The notes under the pieces: model-generated
What the model saw: the letters and a program-made list of their open reading frames with translations, nothing else
What the model was told of the DNA's origin: nothing
Database searches by the model: none
Assembly: GCA_037444665.1 (NCBI GenBank)
Contig: JBBILZ010000033.1
Coordinates: forward strand, 1 to 29,718
DNA: 29,718 nt
Source: a candidate division WOR-3 bacterium
GTDB taxonomy: Bacteria; Hydrothermota; Tepidihabitantia; SM23-42; JAOAFX01
Direction of reading: 5' to 3'
Made by a program: the position numbers and the translations under genes
Shown here: one piece after another, positions 26,364-29,718 of the stretch
Numbering within the stretch: position 1 is the stretch's first letter
Layout: the number at the start of each line of letters is the position of its first letter

Positions 26364-26813
26364 GTGGCTATTACCCCACTTGAAATTCGGAAACAAGAAT
26401 TCCGCAAAGGTTTACGCGGTTATGACCCCCATGAGGTTCGTTCATTTCTTGAAATGGTATCCAATGAACTTGAAAATTTAATGAGAGAAAATGCAAGCCT
26501 TAGCGAAAAAGTAAAAGACCTTGATGCAAAAATTGAGGATTATCGCCGTATGGAAAAGATACTTCAAGATACACTCACTACTACGCAAAAAGCAACCGAA
26601 GAATTAAGAGAAGGGGCAAAAAAAGAAGCGGAAACAATAATTGCCAATGCCCGTGTTGAGGCACAGAGATTTTTGCGTGAGGCACAGGCAGAATTGGCGC
26701 GTGTTAAAGAAGAGACCAAAATGGTGGAGCACCAAAAGTTATTATTAGTCTCAGAATTCCGCGGTTTGCTGGAATCATACCTGCGATTACTTGAAAGGCT
26801 TGAAAAGAAATGA
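26364..26813 (+). CDS. divIVA: DivIVA-domain protein
   Basis: Start revised to GTG 26364 after AGGAGG; ITPLEIRKQEF.KGLRGYD..EV..FL followed by coiled coil. Confidence 0.85.
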   Translation: MAITPLEIRKQEFRKGLRGYDPHEVRSFLEMVSNELENLMRENASLSEKVKDLDAKIEDYRRMEKILQDTLTTTQKATEELREGAKKEAETIIANARVEAQRFLREAQAELARVKEETKMVEHQKLLLVSEFRGLLESYLRLLERLEKK

Positions 26814-27622
26814 AAAATAAAATCCAGGAGACCACAAATTATCTTATTGAGAAAATTGATATAAAACCCACCATTGGCATTGTCCTGGGTACGGGTCTTG
26901 ATGGATTGGTTAAACACATTAAAATTAAGAAGACATTTGATTATTCAAAGATTCCCCATTTTCCTATTTCCACTGTGGAATTCCATAAAGGAAGATTAAT
27001 ATTTGGTCTTCTTGGCAACCGCAGGGTGATGGTTATGCAAGGACGATTCCATTATTATGAAGGCTACAGCGCAAAAGAGATTGCATATCCAATAATCATA
27101 ATGAAAAAATTGGGCGTTAAATATTTGATTATTTCAAATGCAGCAGGTGGATTGAACCCAGACTTTTCTGCCGGTGACATAATGTTAATAACTGACCATA
27201 TCAATCTCCTTACTGACAATCCCCTGCGTGGTCCGAATGAACCAAAATTGGGACCGCGTTTTCCTGATATGTTTAATTGCTATGAGCCAAAGTTAATTCG
27301 GCTTGCTGAAAAGGTGGCACAGAAAAATAATATTTTTATAAAAAAGGGCATCTATGTTGGAGTGCCTGGACCAAATCTTGAAACCCGTGCTGAATATCGT
27401 TTCTTGAGGATAATTGGTGCTGATGCAGTGGGAATGTCCACAGTCCCTGAGGTAATAATGGCAAGGTATTTGGATTTAAAGGTACTGGGGATATCCGTGA
27501 TCACAGATATGGGTATTGCTGATGCCCTTAAGCCCGCCAGTATTTTAAAAATCATAATGGCGGCGAAGAAGGCAGAGCCGAACTTGATCAAAATTGTAAA
27601 AGGTGTTGTTGCAAACCTGTGA
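26810..27622 (+). CDS. punA: Purine-nucleoside phosphorylase (trimeric, PunA/XapA type)
   Basis: GIVLGTGL, MQGRFHYYEGY, SNAAGG, DHIN, GPNLETRAE, GADAVGMSTVPE. Confidence 0.92.
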   Translation: MKNKIQETTNYLIEKIDIKPTIGIVLGTGLDGLVKHIKIKKTFDYSKIPHFPISTVEFHKGRLIFGLLGNRRVMVMQGRFHYYEGYSAKEIAYPIIIMKKLGVKYLIISNAAGGLNPDFSAGDIMLITDHINLLTDNPLRGPNEPKLGPRFPDMFNCYEPKLIRLAEKVAQKNNIFIKKGIYVGVPGPNLETRAEYRFLRIIGADAVGMSTVPEVIMARYLDLKVLGISVITDMGIADALKPASILKIIMAAKKAEPNLIKIVKGVVANL

Positions 27623-28494
27623 AAATAAAAATTATCTTTATCATTATTTTAGGATTAATCTCCTGCTCGCAAAAACAGAAACACATTAGTAATGCACGCA
27701 TATTTATCAATCAATGGAATTATGACCGGGCACTCATTGAAATCTTAAAATATCGCGAAGATAAAGACGCGGAAGTGCAATATCTGCTCGGCTATTGTTA
27801 CTTTGGTAAGAATGAATATAATGAAGCAGAAATTTATTTCAAAAACACACTGAGCATTGATTCACTTTTCCGTGATAGTATTATCAATATTTATACCAAT
27901 GCTGCAAAAAAAGCCATTAAAATATCTGAATTGTCCAAAGCCCTCCAATTTTATAAAACGCTTGCTGATATAATTCCAGATTACAAACAGGCAGACAATC
28001 TTTTTCTTGTCGCAGATTTGAATTTTAAACAGGAAAATTATCCTGGTGCCCTGCTTGGATATTTAAGGGCATTTGAAATAGATTCAATGTCAGACGATGC
28101 AAGGAAGTCAGTAAAAAATTTTCTTAAATCTTTGATAGAATGTGACAGCCTTGAACTGGCATTGAGAATCGCATTAAAAGAATATAAGCGTGCAAAAACT
28201 TCAGAAAATATTTTAATCTTGGGCGAAATCAATTATTTAATTGGCAAAAAATTATATGGCAAGGGTTTATATGACAGCGCAATAGTATATTTTAAAGAGG
28301 TAAACACAAATCAAGAGCCAAAATCCTTGATTGATGACGCCTGTTTTTATTTAGGTGAAATCTACTATGAACAGGGGAATTTTAACCAGGCGATTGATTA
28401 TTATAAAAAAGTAGTACGGCTGAACCCATATCAAAAAGGTGAACTGGTTCAGAAATCCCAGGCAAGGATTAAAGAAATAAAGGAGAAATTATGA
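27619..28494 (+). CDS. TPR-repeat lipoprotein
   Basis: Signal peptide with LISC lipobox; several TPR-like units (YLLGYCYF..A..YF, FYLGEIYY..A..YY). Confidence 0.8.
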   Translation: MKIKIIFIIILGLISCSQKQKHISNARIFINQWNYDRALIEILKYREDKDAEVQYLLGYCYFGKNEYNEAEIYFKNTLSIDSLFRDSIINIYTNAAKKAIKISELSKALQFYKTLADIIPDYKQADNLFLVADLNFKQENYPGALLGYLRAFEIDSMSDDARKSVKNFLKSLIECDSLELALRIALKEYKRAKTSENILILGEINYLIGKKLYGKGLYDSAIVYFKEVNTNQEPKSLIDDACFYLGEIYYEQGNFNQAIDYYKKVVRLNPYQKGELVQKSQARIKEIKEKL

Positions 28495-29243
28495 AAACGA
28501 AAGAGTTAGAGAAGAGTATGATTATCATTTATTTACTGATTATGTTCTTTTCTTGTTCAAAACAGGCGCTGGCTCCGCTTGAACCTGAAGATGAATTTGA
28601 GCGGGCAATGGGTTTTTTCAATAACAAAAAATATGCTCTGGCAATCCAGTCATTTGAAAAGATTATATTCTATCACGCATCAACCGAGTTTGTAGACGAT
28701 GCCCAATTTTATCTCGCAAAGGCATACTTTGAAAAGAAAGACTATAGCCAGGCGATTACTGAATTTGAGTATCTGATAAAAAACTTTCCAAATACCCCAT
28801 TTTTAGAACAGAGTTACCTGCTCCGTGCAAAGGCATATTTTTTAAAGGCGCCCGGCTATGAAAAAGACCAGGCTGAAACGCGAGAAGCAATTTCCTTATT
28901 AGATGATTTTCTAACCCGTTTTCCTGTTTCAAGTTTCAGCGATACAGCAAAGGCACTAATTCTCCAGGCAAGGAACAGACTGGCAAAAAAGGAACTTGAG
29001 AGTGGCAGGCTCTATCTAAAAATGAAGGAATATGATTCAGCAATTTTATATTTTAAATATGTAATAGAAAATTATCCTGAAACACCATCGGCAAATGAAT
29101 CAAAATTTCTCCTTGCCCAGACCTATGAGAAGCTTGGCCGCAAAGAAGAGGCAAATCAGCTATACAAAGAACTTCTTGAGGACAACAACTGGAAAAACAG
29201 AGCAGAAGCAAAGATAAAAAAACTGTCAATTGAAGAACATTAA
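28491..29243 (+). CDS. bamD: Outer membrane protein assembly factor BamD
   Basis: Lipobox-like FFSC, TPRs, KDQAET.EA...F..RFP.S, RLAKKEL..GRLYL, YPET. Confidence 0.82.
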   Translation: MKTKELEKSMIIIYLLIMFFSCSKQALAPLEPEDEFERAMGFFNNKKYALAIQSFEKIIFYHASTEFVDDAQFYLAKAYFEKKDYSQAITEFEYLIKNFPNTPFLEQSYLLRAKAYFLKAPGYEKDQAETREAISLLDDFLTRFPVSSFSDTAKALILQARNRLAKKELESGRLYLKMKEYDSAILYFKYVIENYPETPSANESKFLLAQTYEKLGRKEEANQLYKELLEDNNWKNRAEAKIKKLSIEEH

Positions 29244-29718
29244 ATTATCTATTGGATTTTTTGGTGGGTTATTTGACCCGCCCCATATTGGACATTTAAT
29301 CATTGCCCAGTGGGTTTTAGATGAATTTAAACTTGATAAAATAATTTTTGTGCCGGCATTTAACCCACCCCACAAAAAAAGATACTCATCATTTCAACAC
29401 CGTTATGAGATGACCCGAAAGGCAATAAAAAACAATAGGAATTTTCTTATCAGTGATATTGAGAAAAATATTCGAGGTAAGACCTATACATTTGAGGTAA
29501 TAAGGGCTATAAAACAATCCAATAAGACACTTAAAAATTCTAATATTTACCTCATTATTGGCGCAGACCAGTGGCAGGAAATAAAACACTGGAAACATCC
29601 AGAAATCATATTCAAAGAATCAAAGGTAATTGTCTTGCCACGCCCCGGTTATAAAATCACAAAAATTAAACCATTTTATGAAAAGATTTTTATCAGCAAT
29701 GCCCCGCTCATTGACATT
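29230..29718 (+). CDS. nadD: Nicotinate-nucleotide adenylyltransferase, partial (runs off right edge)
   Basis: Not in the ORF track. TTG 29230 reads MKNIKLSIGFFGGLFDPPHIGHL..., then PPHK, IIGADQ, W.HP. Confidence 0.9.
   Translation, partial: MKNIKLSIGFFGGLFDPPHIGHLIIAQWVLDEFKLDKIIFVPAFNPPHKKRYSSFQHRYEMTRKAIKNNRNFLISDIEKNIRGKTYTFEVIRAIKQSNKTLKNSNIYLIIGADQWQEIKHWKHPEIIFKESKVIVLPRPGYKITKIKPFYEKIFISNAPLIDI

Noticed and set aside
21776..26813. Sporulation or monoderm identity from SpoIID and DivIVA
   Set aside because: Both families occur in non-sporulating diderms, and bamD is in the same gene run.
1..29718. CRISPR array, tRNA, rRNA, tmRNA next to smpB, T-box before serS or trpB2
   Set aside because: No spaced repeats or cloverleaf/T-loop motifs seen by eye, and the leaders are too short; not verified by covariance search.

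Overview
AT-rich bacterial chromosomal window from a probable diderm (BamD, lipoproteins), plausibly a fermentative, deep-branching lineage (inference only). (1) 1-6.3 kb, minus strand: a rearranged surface-glycan-modification-like cluster of tandem paralogs, with two class I methyltransferases sharing a 578-bp 100%-identical block, two Methyltransf_24-like genes, one intact and one shattered polysaccharide deacetylase, and a degenerate REC-PAS-PAS gene. Its leader carries a sigma70 promoter and an exact ops/JUMPStart-like element. (2) 6.4-11.2 kb: an aromatic amino-acid operon (TrpB2, HisC-type aminotransferase, tryptophanase/tyrosine phenol-lyase-family lyase with TPL-type residues, phosphate acyltransferase). 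(3) Housekeeping genes pfkA, smpB, Amidase_3, murI, rph, rluD and serS. (4) 18.1-20.3 kb: a two-gene cassette between serS and holB, made of an HTH + active + degenerate-domain DNA amino-methyltransferase and a coupled 192-aa unknown protein; this is the best candidate for an undescribed defence or modification system. (5) 20.4-29.7 kb: holB, Mut7-C, SpoIID/LytB, SPFH, archaemetzincin, class V aminotransferase, MEDS-GGDEF, DivIVA, PNP, TPR lipoprotein, bamD and partial nadD. Of 8 near-consensus promoters found by eye, 7 have 16-bp spacers and 4 imply leaderless mRNAs. No tRNA, rRNA, CRISPR array or transposase was seen. All calls come from motif reading without database searches.
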